From positions 112,746 through 176,745 of the forward strand of contig CAZTNI010000001.1 of NCBI GenBank assembly GCA_964615415.1: a DNA stretch of 64,000 nucleotides, given 5' to 3'. The notes beneath the pieces were generated by a model, which saw only the letters and a list, made by a program, of their open reading frames with translations, did not search any database and was not told the DNA's origin. The translations under genes and the position numbers were made by a program. The DNA is from an uncultured Candidatus Saccharibacteria bacterium. GTDB lineage: Bacteria; Patescibacteriota; Minisyncoccia; Phycocordibacterales; SBAW01. Shown here piece after piece: positions 27,219-35,264 of the stretch (within the stretch, counting starts at the first letter, position 1; every line of letters starts with the position of its first letter).

Positions 27219-27560
27219 ATGACTGTTCTGAAGATTGTTGTTCTGTTCATCCTGCAGGCCGTCGCTTTTGTTGCGTATGTGGCGGCGGGGTTTGCTGCTG
27301 TGTTTCTCGTTCTGGCGGCTATCGGGTCTGTCGTTCATCTGATCGGCAACCAGGACCAGATCGACGAGCTGCAGGCATGGCTCGTGTTCTTCGCCTACAT
27401 CGGCGCGTTCGCGGTGATCGCGACCGTCGGGAACTTCCTCGACGCGCTGTTTTCCGCTTGCGATGCCGAGCGCAAGGCGATCATCGTTCGGTGGAAGTAC
27501 GACCGTCAGACGCGGCGGCTCTACCCGAACGCTGGCAAGCCGAGCCTCGACTTCCGCTAA
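27219..27560 (+). CDS. Hypothetical membrane protein
   Basis: 113 aa from the ATG at 27219 (RBS aaggagag), three hydrophobic helices. Confidence 0.5.
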   Translation: MTVLKIVVLFILQAVAFVAYVAAGFAAVFLVLAAIGSVVHLIGNQDQIDELQAWLVFFAYIGAFAVIATVGNFLDALFSACDAERKAIIVRWKYDRQTRRLYPNAGKPSLDFR

Positions 27561-27657
27561 CTACAAGCGGGAGTACAATTGGAGCAAGCTCAAGCAGCTT
27601 GCTCCCTCTACAAAGCTAATAAGCAATCCCGCTTACTAGCTTTCGGAGGGAACGAAG

Positions 27658-27825
27658 ATGATTCTCCAGTACCTTCAGAAGGGTCTTCGTCTGGCCAACG
27701 ACGCCTTCACGGCGTACACGGCCAAAGACCCGAATTACATCGCACTTAAAACTGCGGTGTTCACAGGCGTTCCCATTCTTTGGATGAAGATCCAGGAGTG
27801 GCGACGCAAACTCGCGGCGAAGTAA
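27658..27825 (+). CDS. Small hypothetical protein (55 aa)
   Basis: MILQYLQKGLRLANDAFTAYTAKDPNYIALKTAVFTGVPILWMKIQEWRRKLAAK. RBS ggaggg. Below the ORF-track cutoff. Confidence 0.35.
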   Translation: MILQYLQKGLRLANDAFTAYTAKDPNYIALKTAVFTGVPILWMKIQEWRRKLAAK

Positions 27826-27858
27826 TCTTACGATTCCTTCGCCGCTCCTTCTAAATAT

Positions 27859-28191
27859 TCAATCGATTCCTCTACAAGCGAAAGTTTGTACGGTTGAATG
27901 TTTAGAAGGGGCGATAATATCAACCCTATACAAGGCCGAGGGCGCACAGATTTTTGTTGCGTACAGCTGTTCTCCCGGTAGCACCAGGAGTTCTCGCATG
28001 TCTCGCGAGGTGAAATAACGAGCCCGGTGTTTTCCCCACCGGCCTACCTGCTCCCGCTTTGTGCGGTAAAGGGGTTCAAGAAAAAGGGAGGTGAAGACGA
28101 TGGTTGCGACCGCCTTTAGCGACAGCGACTCGTCTTGCACTAACACAATGTGTTTTGTAGAGCGCGCATTTTGAGCGCAGCTCCAAAGCAC
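27859..28191 (-). CDS. Hypothetical protein
   Basis: 110-aa ORF on the opposite strand inside the island, no recognisable family. Confidence 0.25.
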   Translation of the reverse strand: MLWSCAQNARSTKHIVLVQDESLSLKAVATIVFTSLFLEPLYRTKREQVGRWGKHRARYFTSRDMRELLVLPGEQLYATKICAPSALYRVDIIAPSKHSTVQTFACRGID

Positions 28192-28304
28192 TTTCCGACC
28201 GTTCGTATTGCATGAGTGGTCGGCTTTGTACTGTCTATACTCGAGTGGGCAATTTTTGTTCCCACTCGTTTTTCATGGGTCGCAGAAATGTTTAAACTGC
28301 GGCC

Positions 28305-28365
28305 CCGTTTCAAGATTTTTTCACAAGAAGAAATTTTGAAACGGGGATCGAAAATGTTCCCCTGC
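28305..28365 (+). promoter_or_regulatory. Conserved 5' leader, copy 1 (ccYtttcaagat..ttttgaaaSgggga-tcgaaaATGtt-cccc)
   Basis: About 85% identical to 29075-29135. A hairpin (gggga/tcccc) encloses the ATG of the uORF at 28354-28425 (MFPCVQVQVQPAPIDMGQHRRVE), whose stop overlaps the ATG at 28422. Confidence 0.5.
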
Positions 28366-28421
28366 GTGCAAGTTCAAGTTCAACCCGCTCCCATTGATAT
28401 GGGGCAACACAGGAGAGTGGA

Positions 28422-29033
28422 ATGATTCTCATCAAGGTGACCCCGAAGCAGGACGACATCTTCATCGTCGGCCCGCTCGGCCTCGCCGTGCACATGACCG
28501 CCATCACCCTCGAGGTGGAGGTGGTCATGGTGCCGACGCCGGCGACAGCGCTCGAGATGTACGAGCTGGCTATGCAGGTCAACGCGCTCGGCTTCGGCTG
28601 GGCCGGCGACCTGCTCCTTCGGGAGGCTATTCGCCTCGCGGAGAAGGAGCTCAACGAGTGGTTCACTGCTGCCGCTCTCGACATGGGCGACCTCGACGAG
28701 GCATTCCAGCTCCCGCCGGACCTCGAGGAGATTTACGGCCGCCCGCAGCCGCAGGTGTCGCGTCGTGCGACCAACCCCGGCTACGGCGGCTTCGCCGACA
28801 TGTTCGACGAGATCTTCGGTTCGGCCGATGCCTTCCGCTATCGCGGCGGCCTCGACGCCGGCCAGGATCCGTTCGTCGACGATCGGCCGTTCAACCATCG
28901 CGACTTCGGTCGGGGTCTCGGGCTCGATCACGAGGGTTCTCGGCACTTCGGCGCCGACCTCGCTGCGCGTCTCGCCAACCATGTCGGCTCGTTCGGCAAC
29001 GGCCACTATCGCGGCCACCAGCCGCATCGTTAG
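28422..29033 (+). CDS. Hypothetical protein: structured N-terminal ~100 aa plus G/R/D/F-rich low-complexity C-terminus
   Basis: 203 aa with extreme GC3 bias identifying the frame. The overlapping ORFs 28394-29197 (+) and 28380-29027 (-) are alternative-frame artefacts of the high-GC DNA. Confidence 0.5.
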   Translation: MILIKVTPKQDDIFIVGPLGLAVHMTAITLEVEVVMVPTPATALEMYELAMQVNALGFGWAGDLLLREAIRLAEKELNEWFTAAALDMGDLDEAFQLPPDLEEIYGRPQPQVSRRATNPGYGGFADMFDEIFGSADAFRYRGGLDAGQDPFVDDRPFNHRDFGRGLGLDHEGSRHFGADLAARLANHVGSFGNGHYRGHQPHR

Positions 29034-29074
29034 TACTGTCTACAACATTGGCGAACGCGCTTACGCGTTCGCCA

Positions 29075-29135
29075 CCCTTTCAAGATCTTTTTTCGAAAGA
29101 GATTTTGAAAGGGGATTCGAAAATGTTTCCCTGGA
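29075..29135 (+). promoter_or_regulatory. Conserved 5' leader, copy 2
   Basis: The uORF 29123-29197 (MFPWNVCNRPVGNGANKEEVHEQP) overlaps the downstream ATG at 29184, and the hairpin around its start codon is conserved. Confidence 0.5.
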
Positions 29136-29183
29136 ATGTGTGTAACCGCCCCGTCGGAAATGGGGCAAACAAGGAGGAAGTGC

Positions 29184-29342
29184 ATGAGCAACCGTGACAT
29201 CGAGCGCGTCGCCGCCGCCCGCGGCATCTCGAACAACGCGGCGAAGAAGATGATGCGGCGCCGCAAGGGCGGCACCAAGTCGCCCGCCGTCCCGGTCCGC
29301 GGGATGCCCGTTGCCGGCACCGGCAAGCCCAAGGGCGAATAG
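29184..29342 (+). CDS. Small basic protein (52 aa)
   Basis: MSNRDIERVAAARGISNNAAKKMMRRRKGGTKSPAVPVRGMPVAGTGKPKGE. RBS aaggagga 7 nt upstream. Confidence 0.35.
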   Translation: MSNRDIERVAAARGISNNAAKKMMRRRKGGTKSPAVPVRGMPVAGTGKPKGE

Positions 29343-29463
29343 TCTGATCTTTTCCTGGGCGGACGCAAATGTCCGCCCTCTACTTAAGTTCGCCACGGTG
29401 TATAGTGGTGGTGGACTTAACGGGAGTTCTAACCGCGGAGGAAATCCGCAGAAAGGAGGGAAG

Positions 29464-29658
29464 GTGAGTATTGAAAGGTACTTGTGGACCATCTGGGCGG
29501 TGATCGCTGTTGTGGCGGTTGCTGCTGCGGAGGGCCATTGGGTCATGGTGGCTGTCGTACTTCTGGTCACTGCGCTCATGGCTAAGGCCTTTGGGCCGTG
29601 GCCGCGTCCTTGGAAGCGGCATTCAGTTTCGGAGGTCCGGCATGGACCTGCGGAATGA
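29464..29658 (+). CDS. Small hydrophobic protein (GTG start)
   Basis: RBS aaaggaggg, then GTG. VSIERYLWTIWAVIAVVAVAAAEGHWVMVAVVLLVTALMAKAF... Confidence 0.3.
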   Translation: MSIERYLWTIWAVIAVVAVAAAEGHWVMVAVVLLVTALMAKAFGPWPRPWKRHSVSEVRHGPAE

Positions 29659-29782
29659 GCGGCCTATTCCCGAAGACGAGGAGAATCCGAACCGAGGCAT
29701 GTGGGTATTCGTACTCAGCATGATACTCGGGGTGGCGCTCGTACTTGGGCTCGCTACGTGGCGAGGTGTCCTTGTACTCTGA
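29642..29782 (+). CDS. Small hydrophobic protein (46 aa)
   Basis: MDLRNERPIPEDEENPNRGMWVFVLSMILGVALVLGLATWRGVLVL. RBS ggagg. Overlaps the previous gene by 17 nt. Confidence 0.3.
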   Translation: MDLRNERPIPEDEENPNRGMWVFVLSMILGVALVLGLATWRGVLVL

Positions 29783-29805
29783 TCGTCTGCTTCGGGAGCG
29801 AAAAC

Positions 29806-29838
29806 GGACGAACGCGAAATTATGTCTCGCGTTCGTCC
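29806..29838 (+). terminator. GC hairpin (perfect 12-bp stem) followed by 'ctctattcagtt'
   Basis: ggacgaacgcga-aattatgtc-tcgcgttcgtcc. Confidence 0.45.
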
Positions 29839-30026
29839 ACTCTATTCAGTTCGCCTTATATAAGGTGAACTGATCGAGTCTTTGTAAAACTGTTTCGTAC
29901 TCGGCGTGCCCAGTGTCATGGCAGCAAAAACTCTCTCCTCGAGAAATTTTTCTTCGCTTCTATGATGCTTGGCACGCCGAGTATGTATTTCGGTTTTACT
30001 GTGTAACTGAAACAAAGGAGACTTGA

Positions 30027-30524
30027 ATGTCTGCACCTTCAACACCTGCTCCTGCGAATGCTGGCATGTCGTGGAAGCTGAAGGTTTTGATCGCCGTCGC
30101 CGTCGCCGGGCTCATCGCTTGGTGGGGCATCGACAGCAACCTTCGCTTCGGATTGTGGGGATGGGCGGCTGGTGCCGCCTTCCTCATCACACTGTTCTTC
30201 CTGAGTGGTGTGATCGGTTGGACGATGAAGCACCCGGTCGCTACTCTCATCGGTCTCGTAGCCTTCCTCTACGGAGGCGTCTACCTTTGGCAGACGCTCT
30301 CGGAAGGTCGGCCGCCGTTCGGTAGCTGGATGACGCCCGAAACCCAGGCGAAGTTCGGCGAAACGGGCGAGCTGATGGATCCGTTCAACCTCGCTCTGAT
30401 CCTCGTCGCTGGCGCTGGCGGACTGTTCTTCTTGTGGAAGGCCTGGGAAAATGGCCGCAAGAATCGCGAAGAAGCCAAGAAGAAGAAGGCAGAAGCTGCC
30501 AAACACAAGGGCAGTGGCCACTAG
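30027..30524 (+). CDS. Hypothetical membrane protein with Lys-rich C-terminus
   Basis: 165 aa, four hydrophobic helices. RBS aaaggag. Confidence 0.5.
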   Translation: MSAPSTPAPANAGMSWKLKVLIAVAVAGLIAWWGIDSNLRFGLWGWAAGAAFLITLFFLSGVIGWTMKHPVATLIGLVAFLYGGVYLWQTLSEGRPPFGSWMTPETQAKFGETGELMDPFNLALILVAGAGGLFFLWKAWENGRKNREEAKKKKAEAAKHKGSGH

Positions 30525-30555
30525 TACCTTGCGGCAAGTGCCGCACAACAATATC

Positions 30556-30594
30556 GGGCCCCCGACGCTTCGCGCGTCGGGGGCCTTTTCTGTT
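30556..30594 (+). terminator. Intrinsic terminator (right edge of the high-GC block)
   Basis: gggcccccgacg-cttcgcg-cgtcgggggcc-ttttctgtt. Confidence 0.6.
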
Positions 30595-30599
30595 ATTAT

Positions 30600-31367
30600 G
30601 TGCACATGGCAAAAAAGCGTCTCGTGGTTGGTAACTGGAAAATGTATATTACTTCGCCTGAGGACGCATCAAAGTTTACAGTCGCGCTTCGCCGCAAGGT
30701 GCGCGGAGTCTCCGGTGTCGATGTATTTCTTGCTCCTCCGTTTACTATCCTTCCTAAAGTAGCGGACACACTCAGTAGTTCTCCTATACAGGTCGGCGCG
30801 CAAACTATCTCTGCTTTTATGGACGAAAAGCACACAGGAGATATTTCAGGAGTGATGCTTAAAAAAGCTGGTGCCTCGTTTGTTATTATTGGCCACTCCG
30901 AGCGCCGTTCACTCGGCGAAACGAACGAGCTCGTGCACGACCAAGTACTTCGCGCAGTTGAGTCGGGCCTTACGCCTATTCTTTGTATTGGCGAAAAAGA
31001 ACATGAAGAAGGCGGCGCACATTTTAATTTTATTGAACAGCAACTTTCGTCGGCTCTCAAAGACCTTCCACCAAAAGCTGTAAAGAAATTAATTATTGCC
31101 TACGAACCCGTGTGGGCGATAGGGAAAGCGGCAGCCGATGCTATGAAGCCGCAGGACCTTGAGCAGATGGTTATCTTCATTAAAAAAGTGCTCGCCGACT
31201 CGCTCGACCGCAAGGTGGCGCTCAGCGTGCCGATCCTGTACGGAGGTTCAGTAGAAGCAGAGAATGCGCCGAGTTTGTTGGAAACAGGGATCTCGGGCTT
31301 CCTTGTGGGGCGCGCAAGTACCGACGTTGATTCATTTACGCAGATAATCACTCTATGCAAAAAATAA
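30600..31367 (+). CDS. tpiA: Triosephosphate isomerase
   Basis: VVGNWKM, IIGHSERR, AYEPVWAIG motifs. Confidence 0.95.
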   Translation: MHMAKKRLVVGNWKMYITSPEDASKFTVALRRKVRGVSGVDVFLAPPFTILPKVADTLSSSPIQVGAQTISAFMDEKHTGDISGVMLKKAGASFVIIGHSERRSLGETNELVHDQVLRAVESGLTPILCIGEKEHEEGGAHFNFIEQQLSSALKDLPPKAVKKLIIAYEPVWAIGKAAADAMKPQDLEQMVIFIKKVLADSLDRKVALSVPILYGGSVEAENAPSLLETGISGFLVGRASTDVDSFTQIITLCKK

Positions 31368-32512
31368 AATCGGTTCGCGACGCGGATGTTGCAGGGAAGC
31401 GCGTGCTCTTACGTGTCGACTTTAATGTGCCACTTAAAAACGGAGAGGTAACGGACGATACGCGCATTACATCTGCGCTGCCGACTATCCAGTTGTTACA
31501 AGAAAAAGGTGCGGCACACATTACACTCCTTACCCATGTTGGTCGTCCGGAAGGGAAGGTGGTGGAAGAGTTACGCGTTGCGCCAATTGAAAAACATCTG
31601 CGAACGTTGTTGGCGGAGGCAAAACTTGGCCAGCAAAATGGTCTGGCCGAGCAAAGCGAGGAGAACCGGGGACCTTTTGCTGGGCATGTTTTGCCGGAGA
31701 TTACGCTGGAAGAAAACGTGCGGTTTAATCCAGGCGAAGATTCCAATGACGCAGCTTTTGCGGCAGAACTTGCAAAGCTTGGTGATGTGTTTGTAAACGA
31801 TGCGTTTGCAGACTCGCACCGCGCGCATGCATCTATCGTGGGCGTTGCAAAACTCTTGCCGTCCTATGCAGGGCTTTTGATGGAAAAAGAGGTGGAGCAT
31901 TTAGAGGCCGCACTCACACCACCGCCACACGCAATTGCAATTATTGGCGGTGCAAAGTTTGAAACAAAGCAGCCACTTATTGAAAAACTGCTTACGGTGT
32001 ATGAAAAAGTGCTGCTTGGTGGTGCACTTGGTAACGATGTTGTAAAGAGTCGCGGACTTCCGGTGGGTGCCTCGCTTATTTCAAATGTGCCGGTGCCCAC
32101 CTCGCTTGCAGGTAATGAAAACCTCGTGGTCGCAAAAGACTTTATTGTTAGCAATAGCGCTACTCAGGAAGTGCGCTCGATTGTGGAAAGCGATACTCGT
32201 AAGGAAGAAAAGATCGTTGATATTGGTCCCGTAAGTGCAAAGACGTGGGCAGGCATTGTTGCGGCTGCGCCGTTTGTGCTTTGGAACGGTCCGCTCGGTA
32301 TGTATGAAGATGGCTTTGCAGGCGGCACTGATACTGTTGCGGCTGCACTTGCATCCTCGGGAGTGCAGGCTGTCGTAGGTGGTGGCGACACTATTGCTGC
32401 CGTAGCGAAAGCGAACTTTAATCCAGACAAAGTATTTCTCTCAACTGGTGGAGGTGCAATGCTCGAGTTTTTAGCGAACGGCACACTCCCAGGAATTGAA
32501 GTGCTTAAATAG
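31355..32512 (+). CDS. pgk: Phosphoglycerate kinase
   Basis: 385 aa with conserved PGK N- and C-domain motifs. Overlaps tpiA by 13 nt. Confidence 0.95.
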   Translation: MQKIKSVRDADVAGKRVLLRVDFNVPLKNGEVTDDTRITSALPTIQLLQEKGAAHITLLTHVGRPEGKVVEELRVAPIEKHLRTLLAEAKLGQQNGLAEQSEENRGPFAGHVLPEITLEENVRFNPGEDSNDAAFAAELAKLGDVFVNDAFADSHRAHASIVGVAKLLPSYAGLLMEKEVEHLEAALTPPPHAIAIIGGAKFETKQPLIEKLLTVYEKVLLGGALGNDVVKSRGLPVGASLISNVPVPTSLAGNENLVVAKDFIVSNSATQEVRSIVESDTRKEEKIVDIGPVSAKTWAGIVAAAPFVLWNGPLGMYEDGFAGGTDTVAAALASSGVQAVVGGGDTIAAVAKANFNPDKVFLSTGGGAMLEFLANGTLPGIEVLK

Positions 32513-32831
32513 AAACCTTGTCTTTGAGATAGAAGGGGATGAGGTGAATATGTACGTGCGGTACGTCTGTCCCTACAATAGAAAGTTTTACGACATCAGT
32601 CCCTGTCTCTTGTTTTAATTGTTGAGCAAGTTTTTTTGCGACACGGAAGAGGTGGTCTGAAAGGTCATCAGGTAATTCAAAAAACCATTGATGATGTTCG
32701 CGAGGGATAACCAGTGTATGCTTCGGGCCTTTTGGATGGATATCTAAAAAAGCTACCGCTTTGTCGTCTTCATATATTTTTTCTGCAGGGATTTCTCCCT
32801 GAGCAATCTTGCAAAAAATGCAGTTTTCCAT
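32505..32831 (-). CDS. HIT-family (histidine triad) protein
   Basis: HVHIHLIP histidine-triad motif. 108 aa. Confidence 0.85.
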   Translation of the reverse strand: MENCIFCKIAQGEIPAEKIYEDDKAVAFLDIHPKGPKHTLVIPREHHQWFFELPDDLSDHLFRVAKKLAQQLKQETGTDVVKLSIVGTDVPHVHIHLIPFYLKDKVSI

Positions 32832-32845
32832 GCGTCGATTATACT

Positions 32846-34510
32846 ATGTGGATGCAAAAATCCTATCGCGTACGCGAACGTGCACACGATGAACTGCTGT
32901 ACGACCTTCTTGCTGCGCGCGGTGTTGTTGGCGACGAAGCGGTGCAAACATTTCTTGAGCCGGAGTTCGAGCGCGACTCGCACGATCCGTTTTTATTGCC
33001 GGACATGGACAAGGCGGTCGATAGAATTTTATTTGCAAAAGAAAAGGGAGAGAAAATTTGTGTGTGGAGCGACTACGACTGCGACGGCATCCCAGGGGGT
33101 GTCATGCTCACGCAATTTTTGCGAAGTATCGGACTCGATGTGACACACTACATTCCACATCGTCACAAAGAAGGATACGGTTTAAATAAAGAAGGTATCG
33201 ACACGCTCAAAAGTGCAGGCATACAACTGATCATCACGATCGACCTTGGTACAGTCGAAGTGGAGAATATTGCCTACGCACAAAGTATCGGGGTCGACAT
33301 TATCGTCACTGATCATCACCTGGTCCAACACGAACTGCCCAACGCTCTTGCAATTCTTAATCCAAAGCGCCCAGACAGTCCGTATCCGTTTGATGGTTTG
33401 TGTGGGGCTGGCGTTGCATGGAAGTTGGTGCAGGGAATTCTTGCGCGCGATCGAGGTGGTATGAAAGAAGGACAAGAAAAGTGGCTGCTCGACCTTGTAG
33501 GGCTCGCAACACTTTCCGACATGGTACCGCTGGTGGGGGAAAACAGGATGCTCGCACGCTATGGGCTGGTGGTGATGCGTCGCGGCAGGCGCCCTGGCCT
33601 TGCGGCACTGCTGTCGGTACTCAAAATAAAACCCTCAACGCTTACCGAAGACGATATTGGGTTTATGGTTGCGCCGCGTATCAATGCTGCGTCACGCATG
33701 GATTCCCCGGAAGCTGCATCAAAGTTGCTTGCAAGTACCGACGAGGCAGAAGCGAAAGTGTTAGCGCAAGAACTGAATCGTATTAACGACGTGCGCAAAG
33801 GAGTTGTAGCCTCGATCGCAAAAGAAGCAAACAAACGCCTTGTGGAAATCGGTACTGATGCCCCGGTCATTGTGATGGGCAACCCGAACTGGCGTCCTGG
33901 TGTGCTTGGTCTTGTGGCGAACACGCTTGTTGAGGCGCATGGTAAGCCGGTCTTTTTGTGGGGTCGGGAGGGTGGCGAAACGATTAAAGGCTCGTGCCGC
34001 TCCGACGGCGTGATTAACGTGGTGGAGTTAATGCAGGAAGCGAAGGATGTGTTTCTTGGTTTCGGTGGACACCATGCGTCAGGCGGCTTTTCATTATCGG
34101 AAGACAAAGTGCACGAACTACTTAATCATCTTTCACGAGCGTATGAAACGGTGCGTGCACATGGAACAGCGGAAAAAGAAATTAGTATTGACCGCGAGTT
34201 AACGCTACCGGAAATTTCATTTGCGATGCAGGATCTTTCGAAGCTCGCTCCTTTTGGCGAAGGGAATAAGAAGCCGTTATTTATATTTCCACATGTTTCT
34301 GTCGGTACCGTACGCACGTTTGGTAAAGCGAACGACCATGTTGATGCACAACTTATTGCGCATGAAACTCAAGTGGGTGGCATTGCATTTTTTTCTACAC
34401 CAGAATCGTTTCAGAAGCCGCTTGTGCGTGGAACGCGTGTCGACATAGTTGGTCATGTAGAAAAAGACTGGAAGGGGAGCCCGCGCATCCGCATTGTCGA
34501 TGTCCTCTAA
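32846..34510 (+). CDS. recJ: Single-stranded-DNA-specific exonuclease RecJ
   Basis: DHH (DYDCDG, DHH) and DHHA1 domains. The ATG at 32846 is used instead of the ORF-track start at 32714, which overlaps the HIT gene. Confidence 0.9.
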   Translation: MWMQKSYRVRERAHDELLYDLLAARGVVGDEAVQTFLEPEFERDSHDPFLLPDMDKAVDRILFAKEKGEKICVWSDYDCDGIPGGVMLTQFLRSIGLDVTHYIPHRHKEGYGLNKEGIDTLKSAGIQLIITIDLGTVEVENIAYAQSIGVDIIVTDHHLVQHELPNALAILNPKRPDSPYPFDGLCGAGVAWKLVQGILARDRGGMKEGQEKWLLDLVGLATLSDMVPLVGENRMLARYGLVVMRRGRRPGLAALLSVLKIKPSTLTEDDIGFMVAPRINAASRMDSPEAASKLLASTDEAEAKVLAQELNRINDVRKGVVASIAKEANKRLVEIGTDAPVIVMGNPNWRPGVLGLVANTLVEAHGKPVFLWGREGGETIKGSCRSDGVINVVELMQEAKDVFLGFGGHHASGGFSLSEDKVHELLNHLSRAYETVRAHGTAEKEISIDRELTLPEISFAMQDLSKLAPFGEGNKKPLFIFPHVSVGTVRTFGKANDHVDAQLIAHETQVGGIAFFSTPESFQKPLVRGTRVDIVGHVEKDWKGSPRIRIVDVL

Positions 34511-35246
34511 AGTAGTTTCACGCTATACTGCTCTTGTGGAAAAAATTCTTATCTTTACTGATGGGTCGTCGCGCGGGAACCCGGGTCCGGGAGGATGGGG
34601 TGCAATTGTCGTAACTGAAACAACTGCGGAAGAGTTAGGCGGCTACGAAGCAAACACGACGAACAATCGCATGGAGCTCACTGCGGTATTTGAAGCGTTG
34701 CGGCATGTTTCATCACTACCGCCAGCCGCAATTTCTTTGTACACCGATTCTGCCTACGTTATGAATGGTGCGCTGAAGTGGGGGAAGGGATGGAGAGCGC
34801 GTAGTTGGATGACGATAGAAAATAAAGAAGTATTAAATAGAGATTTATGGGAACCATTTCTTACTTTACTCGACTCACTGCCCCACACTCTTGAGTGGCA
34901 CAACGTCGGTGGACACATAGGCATTGCAGGTAACGAACGTGTTGATGCGATTGCCACTTCGTATGCGTTACAGGAAAATGTGGAACTGTATAAAGGTTCG
35001 CGCGGTTCGTACAGTGTCGATGTAACAAACCTAAGCATCGACCATGAGCTGCATGCAAAAAAGAAAGAAGCTCGTTCGCGCTCAAAACTCCCTGCATATT
35101 CATACGTGAGTTTAGTAGATGGCGAAATAAAAACTCATAAAACCTGGGCCGAGTGCGAAGCTCGTACAAAAGGTAAAAAAGCTCGCTACAAAAAAGCTAC
35201 GTCTCCATCCGAAGAGGCAGAGATCATTCAAGAGTTTTCACGCTAG
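34494..35246 (+). CDS. rnhA: Ribonuclease HI with C-terminal extension
   Basis: TDGSSRGNPGPGGWGAIV...HNVGGHIGIAGNERVD motifs. Confidence 0.85.
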   Translation: MSMSSKVVSRYTALVEKILIFTDGSSRGNPGPGGWGAIVVTETTAEELGGYEANTTNNRMELTAVFEALRHVSSLPPAAISLYTDSAYVMNGALKWGKGWRARSWMTIENKEVLNRDLWEPFLTLLDSLPHTLEWHNVGGHIGIAGNERVDAIATSYALQENVELYKGSRGSYSVDVTNLSIDHELHAKKKEARSRSKLPAYSYVSLVDGEIKTHKTWAECEARTKGKKARYKKATSPSEEAEIIQEFSR

Positions 35247-35264
35247 ATTGCATAAGAGGTAAAT

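Noticed and set aside
28380-29197. Long overlapping ORFs (28394-29197 on +, 28380-29027 on -) rich in Arg and Pro
   Set aside because: These are alternative frames of about 68% GC DNA. Only the 28422-29033 frame shows the strong third-position G/C bias expected for real coding sequence.
25300-30600. Integron gene-cassette array (attC sites) as the explanation for the island's hairpins
   Set aside because: The hairpins are short perfect stems without the RYYYAAC/GTTRRRY core pairs or the extrahelical bases of attC sites. No intI-type integrase with the characteristic insertion is adjacent; the XerC/D-like gene is 17 kb away and of ordinary length.
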